From Clostridia bacterium (GTDB lineage Bacteria > Bacillota > Clostridia > Acetivibrionales > JAFADI01), in contig JAOAAU010000054.1 in the NCBI GenBank assembly GCA_026418695.1, positions 1 to 38,112 on the forward strand: DNA of 38,112 bases, written 5' to 3'. This document shows, in pieces, positions 38,018 to 38,112 of this stretch. The position numbers and the translations under genes were made by a program. Numbering within the stretch: the first letter of the stretch is position 1; each line of letters starts with the position of its first letter. Under the pieces are notes generated by a model. The model did no database searches. It had not been told where the DNA came from and worked only from the letters and a program-made list of their open reading frames with translations.

Positions 38018-38112
38018 CGTAATCCTCTTTTCAATCTGATTTTTGGTCTCAAAAAAGCTCACCAGGGTTAGTTTCCCCGGGCTGTTCAAATAAAGCTTTG
38101 AAAGGTTAATGA

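Noticed and set aside
1-38112. CRISPR array, IS element or prophage
   Set aside because: No regularly spaced direct repeats were found. No transposase, integrase or phage structural genes were recognised in any frame.

Overview
This is a low-GC Firmicutes-type (probably Bacillales-like) chromosomal window of about 38 kb. It is densely packed with roughly 40 protein genes, most on the minus strand, and has no rRNA, CRISPR array, transposase or integrase. Gene content in order is as follows. An RND efflux pair (permease plus membrane-fusion adaptor). A CoA-binding protein. A divergent HxlR regulator and NAD(P)H oxidoreductase pair. An AraC/GyrI-like regulator with a C45 (Ntn) hydrolase. A minus-strand DNA-damage island: a truncated UvrA paralog, an SPL-like radical-SAM DNA repair protein, DNA-3-methyladenine glycosylase I (Tag), and a Cho/UvrC-N-terminal-like GIY-YIG nuclease. 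A hexapeptide (gamma-CA-like) protein, an MFS transporter, a TauE/SafE exporter and an MBL-fold hydrolase. RtcB RNA ligase with two translationally coupled small ORFs. A cytoplasmic SPFH/slipin protein with an N-terminal triple repeat. A YkuK-like RNase-H-fold protein. An ABC ATPase plus ABC-2 permease pair. A large XPD/DinG-type helicase with an extra N-terminal nuclease-like domain. Adenosylhomocysteinase. A small membrane protein plus metallophosphoesterase operon. A CsoR-family repressor with a glutaredoxin-like gene. A second AraC/GyrI, GyrI-like, ABC ATPase and ABC-2 permease efflux operon. A stand-alone AAA ATPase, a cupin, a GNAT, and DUF5412-like and DUF4367-like proteins. The most unusual signals are four. 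First, a ~950 bp ORF-free gap at 20.3-21.2 kb holds two paralogous compact promoter, SD, small-ORF, terminator modules missed by the ORF track. Second, tRNA-like remnants and a gene-fragment scar lie at 18.96-19.47 kb. Third, a 19-mer is repeated in two promoter regions. Fourth, perfect palindromes sit at regulatory positions, including a CsoR-type operator over the glutaredoxin promoter and a 22-bp palindrome wedged between SD and start codon.
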